From: a virus
Reading direction: 5' to 3' (one strand)
Virus record (IMG/VR): IMGVR_UViG_3300020404_000006
Length of the DNA: 64,000 bases
Positions 1 to 9,080 of the stretch are shown one piece after another (position 1 is the first letter of the stretch; each line of letters starts with the position of its first letter). The notes beneath the pieces were generated by a model, which saw only the letters and a program-made list of their open reading frames with translations, did not search any database and was not told the origin of the DNA. Made by a program: the position numbers and the translations under genes.

Positions 1-1022
1 ACTGTTATTGCTGGAGTTTTAAACCCTGAGTATGCAATCTTTTGAGTAATATATTTTTTTGCCATAGTAAAATTACTATTGAAAAGATTGATTATCTCTT
101 GTCGTACAATACTTAAATTAGAATCATATAGTCTATTATACTCAGCCTCATTCTCCTGTTCAAATTGAAAAGTCTTTAGTGCCAATTTTGATGTTCCCCA
201 GAAAGCATAGTCAGACTTATCAATACCCTCTATAGATTCATAGTTTGGCCATAGTTTATCTTTGATTGCATTGTAAGCAGTCTGTTCACCAAAGAAATCA
301 AATATTGGTTTTACATATGTGTTCAACTTAGGTTCGGCAGATTTTGCGGTTCCAGCCTTCAAACTGATACCTAACATACCACCATTTCTATACTGAACAA
401 AAATATCGCCTGGATGACTTCCCTCTACACCACTTGGTTTTGCTCTGTATCCCCAGTAACATTGTGCAATAGGATGTTTTGCACTATGAGATCTCAACCA
501 TTTTGTTATATTCTTTGCGTTTGTTACTTTTGTTTGAAATGATCCGTTCTCTGCCTGATCTATAAACTTCTTTCCAGCAGCTGCGTCCTGTGATGTCAGG
601 TAGTATGCAGCACTAGGATTGTTTGCTTTTCTAATTGCTTGATAAAAATCCTTTACTGATAGATTGGGACTGATATTATTCATGAAAGCAATACATGGAA
701 ACAGTTCCGTCATGGAAGAGTTCAACGTTGTCATTGACATACCACCCTTTCTGGGCTTGTATATAAACGTCAAAATAGTTCCGTCACTCATCCTTACACA
801 GGATACAGGAACGGAACTAATAGATTTCTGTTCGTTATAAACTCTGCCTAGTCTTGATAGAAGTCCTTCTACATCTGATTTAGTTCTATCTCTGTCATCA
901 GATTTCACAACATAAGTGACTTGTTTAGAAGTTGCACCTTTTACTTCAACATCCCTATCAGGAATATTAATCTCTTGTAAGATCTGATTTAGTTGTAATA
1001 CTTCTTCAGCAGTTCTAGCCAT
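1..1022 (-). CDS. Putative PD-(D/E)xK nuclease-fold protein, 3' end beyond window (>340 aa; absent from ORF track)
   Basis: Manual translation from ATG at 1022 is open to the window edge (MARTAEEVLQ...). It contains HPGDIFVQYRNGGMLGISLKAG, matching the PD...(D/E/S)xK nuclease core pattern. Confidence 0.55.
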   Translation of the reverse strand, partial: MARTAEEVLQLNQILQEINIPDRDVEVKGATSKQVTYVVKSDDRDRTKSDVEGLLSRLGRVYNEQKSISSVPVSCVRMSDGTILTFIYKPRKGGMSMTTLNSSMTELFPCIAFMNNISPNLSVKDFYQAIRKANNPSAAYYLTSQDAAAGKKFIDQAENGSFQTKVTNAKNITKWLRSHSAKHPIAQCYWGYRAKPSGVEGSHPGDIFVQYRNGGMLGISLKAGTAKSAEPKLNTYVKPIFDFFGEQTAYNAIKDKLWPNYESIEGIDKSDYAFWGTSKLALKTFQFEQENEAEYNRLYDSNLSIVRQEIINLFNSNFTMAKKYITQKIAYSGFKTPAIT

Positions 1023-1038
1023 GAGTTTTTGATACTAT

Positions 1039-1443
1039 TTAGAGGTCTCCCTCCTGTCTATTCTCAGAATAGAATACATCAAAACTACCGCCTGGGTATC
1101 TCTTTTCCAGTTTCTTAACATTGGTTGCAATTACATCATCAAATGAAATGTCCAAAGCCATACAAGCGTTTGCAACATACCACATGATATCACCTAGTTC
1201 TGTTACAAGATGATGTTTGTTTGCACCATTCCAAGGCTTTCCTTGAAACACCATCTTCTTTACAATCTCAGTGAACTCACCCGCTTCAGCAGACATACCT
1301 ACTGCAGCAGTCAAAAGTCTTTCAATGTTCGCACCCTGTCCATCCAACTCAACCATACGGTCAGCGAGATTAACAAAGTCTTTGGAAGCGTCAGAGGTTA
1401 CGGCATCTACGAATGTCTCGTACCTTTTAAAATCAATAGTCAT
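1039..1443 (-). CDS. mazG: MazG-like nucleoside triphosphate pyrophosphohydrolase
   Basis: EAGEFTEIVKK...ELGDIMWY motif; position next to gp41 is typical of cyanomyoviruses. Confidence 0.92.
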   Translation of the reverse strand: MTIDFKRYETFVDAVTSDASKDFVNLADRMVELDGQGANIERLLTAAVGMSAEAGEFTEIVKKMVFQGKPWNGANKHHLVTELGDIMWYVANACMALDISFDDVIATNVKKLEKRYPGGSFDVFYSENRQEGDL

Positions 1444-2825
1444 TAGAATTTCAACGTTGCGAACTTGTCTTTAATCTTTTTAGATTCATCATTATTATAC
1501 TCCTCATCCTGTCCACTGTCAACTATATCATCCTGAGCACTCTGGTCACAATCAAATAGTTTCATTTTTGAACGATCAATACCAATAACAAATCTCTTAT
1601 TCATATTGATATCATTGTATCTATTCTTCAACTGTTTGACCATGATTTGATTTACTTCCTCTAATTCCTCCGTAGAAATAAGAGCAAACATAAGGTCGGC
1701 AGTAGCGGGAAGACCGAATGACTCAGAGGTATCTGTAAGATCAACGTCACTGTTACTATACCCACTACGAGTGGTTTGAGTTGCGGATACGATGGGAACA
1801 TCTGTTTCGACTGCAAGGCCTCTAAGTTCTTCAGCGATTGCTTTGATGTAGGAGTATGAGTTGACATTAGAACCAGCCCTATAACGTGATGATGCACATA
1901 TATTTAAGTAATCAATGAAGATAATGTCAGGTTTGAAAGACTTTTTAAGTGCAAGTTCATTCAACAAACCTTTGAAATGTCCTGAGTGTGCAGCAGCGGT
2001 AGGATACTCTTTGATGATAAGATTACCTTGAGTCTTTTCTGACAATTTAGTAACCTTAGTTTCAAACATCTGACGAGGAATCTCTGTCAACTGTTGTACA
2101 GGTATGTTTAAAAGATTAGCATCAATTCTTTCAGCAATCTTCTCCTCAGCCATCTCAAGCGTGATGTATAATACGTTCTTGCCTTGGAGTAACACACTGC
2201 TTGCGACATGACACATAAACAAAGACTTACCAACACCAGTGCCAGCGAGAGCAATATTGAGTGTTTTATTTGGAAGGCCACCCTTTGTAATCTTGTTGAA
2301 AAATTCGAGGTCAAACTCGATTCTATCTTCCTTCTTGTGGTAGAAGTCAAATCTCTCCTCATAATCTTCTAGGTAATCGTGTCCAACATGGTTATCAAAC
2401 CCAACAGCAAGTGCATCTGATAGGATAGCAGGGATAGCATCAACACCTTTCTTGATGTCATGACCATCTGCAATAGAGATACTCTCGACCAGTGCAAGAT
2501 AGATTGCTCTTTCTTTACACCACTTCTCTGTAGTATCTATCAACCAATCATCTACTGCATCTTCTTTACTTGTCTGATTCAGGCAATCTAAAATTTCTTT
2601 GTAGGTATCATCATTGATATCTTTTCTCTTCTCACATTCAATGGAGAGGATCTCTACAGTAGGGCACTTGTCATAGTCTACAATGAACCTTGCACACTCT
2701 TCAAATATAATCTTGTCTGTTGTCTTATCAAAGTAATCAGGTTTCAGAAAAGGCAATACCTTCCTAGTATAATCCTCATTAAATATGAGATTCTTGATGA
2801 TCGTATTTTCAATAGTTTCAATCAT
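1443..2825 (-). CDS. 41: Replicative DnaB-type helicase gp41
   Basis: Walker A AGTGVGKS, YITLEMAEE, IFIDYLNI, SATQTTR. Probable start MIETIENT at 2825; the track's upstream extension overlaps the neighbouring gene. Confidence 0.96.
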   Translation of the reverse strand: MIETIENTIIKNLIFNEDYTRKVLPFLKPDYFDKTTDKIIFEECARFIVDYDKCPTVEILSIECEKRKDINDDTYKEILDCLNQTSKEDAVDDWLIDTTEKWCKERAIYLALVESISIADGHDIKKGVDAIPAILSDALAVGFDNHVGHDYLEDYEERFDFYHKKEDRIEFDLEFFNKITKGGLPNKTLNIALAGTGVGKSLFMCHVASSVLLQGKNVLYITLEMAEEKIAERIDANLLNIPVQQLTEIPRQMFETKVTKLSEKTQGNLIIKEYPTAAAHSGHFKGLLNELALKKSFKPDIIFIDYLNICASSRYRAGSNVNSYSYIKAIAEELRGLAVETDVPIVSATQTTRSGYSNSDVDLTDTSESFGLPATADLMFALISTEELEEVNQIMVKQLKNRYNDINMNKRFVIGIDRSKMKLFDCDQSAQDDIVDSGQDEEYNNDESKKIKDKFATLKF

Positions 2826-3364
2826 TGATAATGAAGATATGTACTCATGATGTACTTTGGTGATCCGCCCTTGACAGGATATCCTCTGTGTGGATATTGC
2901 CATGTGGGTGGGAATACTAACACTTTACCAGTTTCAGGCGAAACTGTCAATTCATTGTAAGGAAAATCAGTCTCTCCTCCTACAAAATCGTCATTAAGAT
3001 AAAAGAGAAAAGCAAGATATCTCTTTGCACTCATATGATCTTGAACATCAGTATGTAATCCAAACTGGTCATCGCCTGGATCATACTTTTTGATTCTAAA
3101 TTCTTCAAAGAAAAATCTATCAGGAAACCACTCCACATATTCTGGTAGATCTTTCTTATATTGTTTTATTACATCTACAGTTTTATAACACAATAGTTGT
3201 ACAAACTTATCAAACTTACCAGCCGTGTTTAAATTTACCTGAGTAAAATCAGGCACTCCACCATTCTCTACTCTCTGTTTTTTCTCACAGTTTTCGTATA
3301 TTTCTATGATAGATTTGCATAATGATTCATCAAAAACCTCATAGGTCTTGATGAATTTATCCAT
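2822..3364 (-). CDS. 2OG-Fe(II) oxygenase (prolyl-hydroxylase-like)
   Basis: HTD (HxD), LFYLNDDFVGGETDF, FPPTWQYPHRG. Probable start MDKFIK at 3364. Confidence 0.85.
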   Translation of the reverse strand: MDKFIKTYEVFDESLCKSIIEIYENCEKKQRVENGGVPDFTQVNLNTAGKFDKFVQLLCYKTVDVIKQYKKDLPEYVEWFPDRFFFEEFRIKKYDPGDDQFGLHTDVQDHMSAKRYLAFLFYLNDDFVGGETDFPYNELTVSPETGKVLVFPPTWQYPHRGYPVKGGSPKYIMSTYLHYQ

Positions 3365-4358
3365 AGCTGAACGTCTCCCCTGCAATCTCCTCCAACTTTG
3401 CCATAACTTCGTCAGTAAAATATTCTTCGGGGGAAGCCAGTATTTTCTTTGCGTAGACTTTCTTGCCGTCGATTTCGTATCTTCCAGCAACATTTTTCCA
3501 GAGTCCGCCAAGTTCTCCTAGTTCGAGTAGTCCATAATATCTATCCAAACCACGTTCATCATAGTATAACCTTATGGATACTTCCTTGTTTTCTTTACTC
3601 AGACGCGACTTGTGTGTCTTAGCTTTAATAATATTTCCAACGACTTCCGTTCCTTCCTTTTCCTTAGCTTTTCTGAGATAAATGATTGTGCTTGCCGCAT
3701 ACTTGAGGCCGCTGCCTCCGCCCATCTCTTTGGTGGGAACGTATGATCCGATAACATCATAGGTATGATTGGTAACGATTAGTGGAATGTTTGCTTGACC
3801 AAGTTTAAGAGTCAACATTCTAAATGCACCTTTGACAAGTTGAGATTTAGTCATATCTCTTACTTGTTTATCATCTAACGCATCACGAATCTCTTTCTCA
3901 GTAGAAAGCATGCCTAGAGAATCCAATACAAACATACATGGTTTGCGATTCTCTTCATCTGTCTTAAGGTATATATCTACTGCTTTGAGTGCCTTTGATC
4001 TAAACTCTTCAATCGTTACCACATTGACAACAACGAGCCTTTGGAGATCAATTCCTCTAGACTCAAGTAGTCCCCTATTGACAGCAGCTTCAGTGTCAAA
4101 ATATAAACAATACCCATCAGGGTTATTGTCAAGGAAATTTTTAACGACAGCGAGGCTGAAGAAAGTTTTTCCAGTAGAAGACTCCCCAGCAATAGCAGTA
4201 ATCTTGTTCCTAGATACACCACCAAATATACTACCTGATACGAGTCCGTTAAAAATGTACGAACCTGTGTCAATAAATTCTTCAGTCGATTCTGCCTCGG
4301 AGGCAAGTTGGGTGTACTCATCTCCAATCTCTTTTACAATTTCTTTTAAAAAATCCAT
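3357..4358 (-). CDS. uvsX: RecA-like recombinase UvsX
   Basis: AGESSTGKT Walker A, YFDTEAA, VLDSLGML, MGGGSGLKYAAS. Confidence 0.96.
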   Translation of the reverse strand: MDFLKEIVKEIGDEYTQLASEAESTEEFIDTGSYIFNGLVSGSIFGGVSRNKITAIAGESSTGKTFFSLAVVKNFLDNNPDGYCLYFDTEAAVNRGLLESRGIDLQRLVVVNVVTIEEFRSKALKAVDIYLKTDEENRKPCMFVLDSLGMLSTEKEIRDALDDKQVRDMTKSQLVKGAFRMLTLKLGQANIPLIVTNHTYDVIGSYVPTKEMGGGSGLKYAASTIIYLRKAKEKEGTEVVGNIIKAKTHKSRLSKENKEVSIRLYYDERGLDRYYGLLELGELGGLWKNVAGRYEIDGKKVYAKKILASPEEYFTDEVMAKLEEIAGETFSYG

Positions 4359-4373
4359 AATGATTTACTTCTG

Positions 4374-5036
4374 TTATAATTCTACCACAGACCACAATAA
4401 ATTACCAGCGATTGATATTCTTGGTTCATCTGTGTTATAAAATGGATACACTTGATGATGTAGATTAGATGGGAATAACATCATAGCACCTTCCATTTCT
4501 GGACTCATGAAGATAGGAAACTCAATAGTGTTTCCTAGAACATCAGTATAGGTAAACTGAAAGTCTGATGCGGCTTTTGAATGAAATGGCAGATTGTGTT
4601 GTTCCACATAATCTGTTGGGATCTTCATCCAGATCACAAATGATGTGATGCCTGTATGACCGTGTTCGGGATTGAACTCAGTTTGATATTGATAGTTTAC
4701 CCACCAATTTAATCTGAACTCTGTTGTAAGTTTGTGATCCAACTTTGGGTCAATATCTATGGGAGGAAAGTAATGCTTTGGGTCTTCATCTATCAACCTT
4801 TGTGTTAGAGGACCTACAACTTGATCTCTGAATTTGTTATCAGGGTCTTTCAATCCCAAACTGCCAGTTATATTACCAGCAAGTCTGTAACTGTAATCGT
4901 TACTATTATTGACATTATCTTTCTCCGCCTGTTTTACAACAGACCAAAGATAAGACATCCAATCTTCACTAAGTTTAGTTTTATATATCGGAAGGTTAGG
5001 TAATTGAAACGCTTCCCATGATACTTCACTTGTCAT
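4374..5036 (-). CDS. Putative 2OG-Fe(II) oxygenase (TIGR02466-like)
   Basis: FNPEHGHTG (HxH), LFPSNLHHQV, RISIAGN. Probable start MTSEV at 5036. Confidence 0.7.
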   Translation of the reverse strand: MTSEVSWEAFQLPNLPIYKTKLSEDWMSYLWSVVKQAEKDNVNNSNDYSYRLAGNITGSLGLKDPDNKFRDQVVGPLTQRLIDEDPKHYFPPIDIDPKLDHKLTTEFRLNWWVNYQYQTEFNPEHGHTGITSFVIWMKIPTDYVEQHNLPFHSKAASDFQFTYTDVLGNTIEFPIFMSPEMEGAMMLFPSNLHHQVYPFYNTDEPRISIAGNLLWSVVEL

Positions 5037-5184
5037 GTTTGTTTGGATAAAACACTTGAACGAATGATTCACACTTAGGGCATGAAAGATTAGTCACTAT
5101 AGAATACTCATCTTCACAATGGTAATCTTCAGCGTCAAAGTCTGAACCCCATATTAGTTCAGTATTGCAATGCCAACAATTCAT
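5026..5184 (-). CDS. Small zinc-ribbon protein, 52 aa (not in ORF track)
   Basis: Manual translation MNCWHCNTELIWGSDFDAEDYHCEDEYSIVTNLSCPKCESFVQVFYPNKHDK: two CxxC pairs; overlaps both neighbours. Confidence 0.7.
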   Translation of the reverse strand: MNCWHCNTELIWGSDFDAEDYHCEDEYSIVTNLSCPKCESFVQVFYPNKHDK

Positions 5185-5264
5185 TTCTTAAAGACTCCAA
5201 ATTTAGCAAGAAGATATACTGACAATATTGTCCAGAATACAACTTCTAATCCTATGTTGTTCAT
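5181..5264 (-). CDS. 27-aa single-pass membrane peptide (not in ORF track)
   Basis: MNNIGLEVVFWTILSVYLLAKFGVFKK; fills the gap exactly with start/stop overlaps on both sides. Confidence 0.6.
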   Translation of the reverse strand: MNNIGLEVVFWTILSVYLLAKFGVFKK

Positions 5265-5731
5265 TAGATCCCCACTATTTTTCTTTGTCTTTCAAAGTAG
5301 TTATGGAGCAACCATGAACTACTATTTTTCTTATCCGTTCCACCCACACCAAACTCCATCTCTACTCTAGGATCATCACCAAACTTATCCATCTCTGGTG
5401 TATTACCTTTACCACGGTCACCTCCATTGGCAAAGACAACAGTTTGTGCGATCTCTAAACATCTTTCGATTGCATGACAGGCGGAACCATGTTCATCATC
5501 CTCTACTGTAATCACGGCATCAACTACATCCAAGTGACGAATGATCTCTGCACGTTCTTTCCATGACATGAAGTATTGTCCTTTCTTCTTAGTCAACCAT
5601 TCTTCCGTGTTCAACCCCACTACTAGGTAATTTGTAAGATCTTTTGCTTGCTCGAAGTAAGCAATGTGGCCACTATGAAGAGGATCAAAACCGCCTGTGA
5701 CTAGAGTAAGTATTCTCTTCTTAGTCATCAA
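5264..5731 (-). CDS. Cytidylyltransferase-family (HxGH) nucleotidyltransferase
   Basis: TGGFDPLHSGHI, KKG...ERAEII, FANGGDR. Confidence 0.85.
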   Translation of the reverse strand: MMTKKRILTLVTGGFDPLHSGHIAYFEQAKDLTNYLVVGLNTEEWLTKKKGQYFMSWKERAEIIRHLDVVDAVITVEDDEHGSACHAIERCLEIAQTVVFANGGDRGKGNTPEMDKFGDDPRVEMEFGVGGTDKKNSSSWLLHNYFERQRKIVGI

Positions 5732-5885
5732 ACTCTCCTTTTCTAGCTAAGTATACTTTAACATCATTATACTGCTTTTGTATACTTTGTGCAAACCAAT
5801 TTGCTGGATCTCTTGATTCAAAGACTTTCATCTGTCTATCAGAAAATAGTCCATCATCAGACCAGCATACTATGTATTTTGTCAT
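5721..5885 (-). CDS. Hypothetical protein, 54 aa (not in ORF track)
   Basis: MTKYIVCWSDDGLFSDRQMKVFESRDPANWFAQSIQKQYNDVKVYLARKGEFDD; ATGA overlap with the gp43 stop. Confidence 0.55.
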   Translation of the reverse strand: MTKYIVCWSDDGLFSDRQMKVFESRDPANWFAQSIQKQYNDVKVYLARKGEFDD

Positions 5886-8386
5886 GCGAAGAATGATTCA
5901 AGTGTGTTCTTGCGTTCGGTCTCCCAACCAATGCAATCAAGGATAACCTTTACAGGTTCCATAAACGACTTATTGAACTGTAGTTCGTAGTCAATATGTT
6001 TATCTAGGTCAAGTTCCGTAGGGAAATCTTGAATGAAAGATATAACATTTTCGTGCATCCAATTAGGTGTCTTTAGGTAGCAGAACTTGATCTTCTCACC
6101 GTTTTGAATAGCAGCATATTTATTGGTCAACTCTTTCTTCTTTGTGTAGTGATTATATAAGATTGCACCACGAACATGAATAGGACATCCCTTATGATAC
6201 ATGTCTGTGGATGACTTCCATTTCTCCACATTAGATAGACTACGAGGAAATGCAACTTCCTCTGGCGATAATGATTTGAACTCCTCCCTACACTGTTCAA
6301 TATAATCAATCACTTCATCTTCTGTACCAGACATCAAAAGTTTAAAGGCATCTTTCAAGAACTTACGACATGGTGCAGGGGTAGAAGTTTTGATTGCTTC
6401 AATACCCATGATCTTAAGTTTTGCCTGTTCATATCTTACACCCTCACTATCCCATACGTTAAGAATATATCTTTTCTTTGCAGTCCAAATACCACGATCA
6501 GCGATATTCTCCCGCTTCATGATCATCTTTTGATCGTAGGCGTTGACGTACTCTGCCAATTCTTCGTAAGAACTTTCAATATAAGGCTCAAGTTGTTTTT
6601 CACACACCTTGTTAAGGAACGACACAATGCTTTCAGTAGCCGCCTCTCTCCCTTCGTATACACGGTCAACCAAAGGACCCATGTGCAAGTAAATAGAATC
6701 AGTATCACTAGCAATAACATAATCGATATCTTTTGTTTTTAAAATAGTATTCATCTTCTGGTTTATTTTATTCTCAATCCATCGGATTGATACCTGTCCA
6801 GATAAGGTGATGGCCTCCGCGTTCGCAAGTTTGTAATAGCGAAAATATTGATTACCAATAGCACCATAAGCACTATTGAGGGCAATCTTCTTGGACATTT
6901 GGACGTTGTTGCATCTCGCAATCTCCTTTTCAAGTTCTTTAGTAGGGGTTTTTTCATAGGCTTTTTTTGCTTTGATCATCCTCTTTTTGAAGATGACACG
7001 TTCGTTATACATCTTCTCCATCAACTCAGGTAGAAAACCTTTCTTGTCCTTACTAAACATTGCACCATTGGCACAAACTGCATAGTCCTTGTACATCTCA
7101 AAAGTAATCTCTTGATTGAGAAGTTTATCCACCGTGGCACTAGGATGTTTCTTTTCCTGTAGTGTTTCTGGGGAGATGTTGTATTGCATAATCAAATGCG
7201 GATACAGTGAGTTCAAGTCAAAAGATACCACCCAGTCATACTTACCAGGCTTAGGTTCTTTCACATACGCACCAGCATACTTCTCATCTTTCTTGTTACG
7301 ATCCTTCTGTGGGATCACAATGTTTTTCTTTTTGAGATAGTTGTAGATAATCGCATCCCATGTGCGAACTTGAAACGCAACATCAGTGAAGTTGATCTTT
7401 GCGTCATAGGCACGAGTGCAACATAGATCAATCAACTTGAGTTTATCCTCAAGACGGTCAACCAGTTCCACGTCAACGATGTTGTAATCTACAAACTTCT
7501 GCCAGTTCTTTGTATAGAACTCACGGAATGTGTCAAACTCACTGTGATCCAACTTCTGTTGACCGAGTTCCATCATAGCAATATGATCCAATTTGAAACT
7601 CTCTTGGTTTGAAGTTGCAGGGGATTTTTTGTATAGATCCAAGTAATCAATTACAGATATGCCTGCAAGATCAAAGACAATGTTTGCCCGACCCATTATT
7701 GTGATTTCATTCTTTCTTACAATGCCCCAAGGAGAGAACTTCTTGGCCATCTTCTCACCCATAAGACGTTCTACCCTACCTACAAGGTAAGGGATATCAT
7801 ACAGTTCACAGTTCCACCCTGTAATGACCTCAGGCGTGTGTTTCTGCCACCACTCTAGGAATGTATAGATCAGACCTTCCTCGTTATGGCAGTCAATGTA
7901 AGAGTAGTTCTTTCTGTTTGGATTGGTCTTATATGGACGCGATCCAAAGGTAGTAATTCTTTTAGTATTGTAATCTTGTACCGTGATTAGAAGTAATTCT
8001 TCTGCACAATTAAAGACATCGGGGAATCCACTCTCTGCGGCAACCTCGATGTCAATAGTTACTAGATTAATTTTGCTCAGATCAAACTTGATCTCATTCT
8101 CTGGGTAATTATCAGAGATATATTGATGCACATACCTCTCATTACCATATACATTGAAGTTTTTTACCTGTGAATACTTATCAATAAACTCCCTACAATC
8201 CTTGATTGTGCCAGGTTTGATTGGTTCTACAGGTTGACCGTCAAGAGTCTTCCACTTACTTCTTTTCTTTGTAGGCACATAAAAGGTAGGATGAAACTCC
8301 TCCCTGTCACTAAAATGCTTTCCATTGTCATATCCTCTAACCAGCATACTGTTGCCGATCTGGAAAACATTAGTGTAGAATTTCAT
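5882..8386 (-). CDS. 43: Family B DNA polymerase gp43
   Basis: Exonuclease DIEV, SFDLNSLYPHLI, KIALNSAYG, SDTDS. Uninterrupted 834 aa. Confidence 0.98.
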   Translation of the reverse strand: MKFYTNVFQIGNSMLVRGYDNGKHFSDREEFHPTFYVPTKKRSKWKTLDGQPVEPIKPGTIKDCREFIDKYSQVKNFNVYGNERYVHQYISDNYPENEIKFDLSKINLVTIDIEVAAESGFPDVFNCAEELLLITVQDYNTKRITTFGSRPYKTNPNRKNYSYIDCHNEEGLIYTFLEWWQKHTPEVITGWNCELYDIPYLVGRVERLMGEKMAKKFSPWGIVRKNEITIMGRANIVFDLAGISVIDYLDLYKKSPATSNQESFKLDHIAMMELGQQKLDHSEFDTFREFYTKNWQKFVDYNIVDVELVDRLEDKLKLIDLCCTRAYDAKINFTDVAFQVRTWDAIIYNYLKKKNIVIPQKDRNKKDEKYAGAYVKEPKPGKYDWVVSFDLNSLYPHLIMQYNISPETLQEKKHPSATVDKLLNQEITFEMYKDYAVCANGAMFSKDKKGFLPELMEKMYNERVIFKKRMIKAKKAYEKTPTKELEKEIARCNNVQMSKKIALNSAYGAIGNQYFRYYKLANAEAITLSGQVSIRWIENKINQKMNTILKTKDIDYVIASDTDSIYLHMGPLVDRVYEGREAATESIVSFLNKVCEKQLEPYIESSYEELAEYVNAYDQKMIMKRENIADRGIWTAKKRYILNVWDSEGVRYEQAKLKIMGIEAIKTSTPAPCRKFLKDAFKLLMSGTEDEVIDYIEQCREEFKSLSPEEVAFPRSLSNVEKWKSSTDMYHKGCPIHVRGAILYNHYTKKKELTNKYAAIQNGEKIKFCYLKTPNWMHENVISFIQDFPTELDLDKHIDYELQFNKSFMEPVKVILDCIGWETERKNTLESFFA

Positions 8387-8643
8387 GCGGTTGCCAGTTT
8401 CAAGTAAGAATCAATGAGTTCTCGGTGTGGTTCCACCAATGTTACTATTTTATCAGAACATATCATAATTTCAACGTCATCTGTCACTTTCTTTAACCAA
8501 GGTGACATATCATCACCATCAAGTGCATAAGGTGATACAAGTTTGCAGTTTGGATCTCCGATATCAACAGCGGCTACTTCCTCTATTCCTGAGATAAGAA
8601 CGTCGCCATTAACTAGGATTAGTATCTTTACTTCCTGTTCCAT
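8383..8643 (-). CDS. Conserved hypothetical protein (Sm-like fold candidate)
   Basis: KILILVNGDVLIS...LVSPY...ICSDKIVTLVEP; resembles the adjacent ORF. Confidence 0.7.
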   Translation of the reverse strand: MEQEVKILILVNGDVLISGIEEVAAVDIGDPNCKLVSPYALDGDDMSPWLKKVTDDVEIMICSDKIVTLVEPHRELIDSYLKLATA

Positions 8644-8944
8644 AAATTTTAGTCTCGTAGGATTGTTTTACCATAGGTTTTGGTTCTACTATCGCAACAA
8701 CCCAGCTTGGGTCAATAGATATCTTTCTCTCATCAGATAAAGGCATCCAAGGATAGTATTGTACACTATATTGTGTCTCTCCTTCCTCTTGTCCTTCTGT
8801 AAGTAACACAGGTGCTTCAACCAACTTACAACAGTAGGCATTTTCAAGAACGATGAAGATGGGTTTTTCATTCTCATCTACAAGTTCTTTTACATCTGCG
8901 ATGACTTCTTCATTAGATTTTAGTAGAACTAGTTTGACGGTCAT
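8609..8944 (-). CDS. Conserved hypothetical protein (Sm-like fold candidate)
   Basis: VKLVLLKSNEEVIADV...YPWMPLS...VVAIVEP; same pattern as 8383-8643 and 25363-25770. Confidence 0.75.
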   Translation of the reverse strand: MTVKLVLLKSNEEVIADVKELVDENEKPIFIVLENAYCCKLVEAPVLLTEGQEEGETQYSVQYYPWMPLSDERKISIDPSWVVAIVEPKPMVKQSYETKIYGTGSKDTNPS

Positions 8945-8966
8945 TGCACCAGTATATAGTTTGCAA

Positions 8967-9037
8967 AGCGGATGGATGGTATTGCACCACCGTCTACAAG
9001 TTGGAAACCTGTCGTAATACTTTTATACGACATCCGC
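8967..9037 (-). tRNA. tRNA-Gly (anticodon TCC), atypical D- and T-loops, no encoded CCA
   Basis: Folded by hand: acceptor GCGGATG/CATCCGC, anticodon arm ACAGG-TTTCCAA-CTTGT, T-arm GGTGG-TGCAATA-CCATC, discriminator T. Confidence 0.88.
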
Positions 9038-9080
9038 ATGAAAGACCATCTGCCCCACTCAAGAGTTGCATCTTAGGTCT

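Noticed and set aside
2826-2903. Track N-terminal extensions of gp41, the 2822 oxygenase, the 4374 oxygenase, pebS, uvsW and the 29802 ORF
   Set aside because: Extensions overlap upstream genes in other frames; homologue-like sequence begins at internal Met codons with normal 4-8 nt overlaps.
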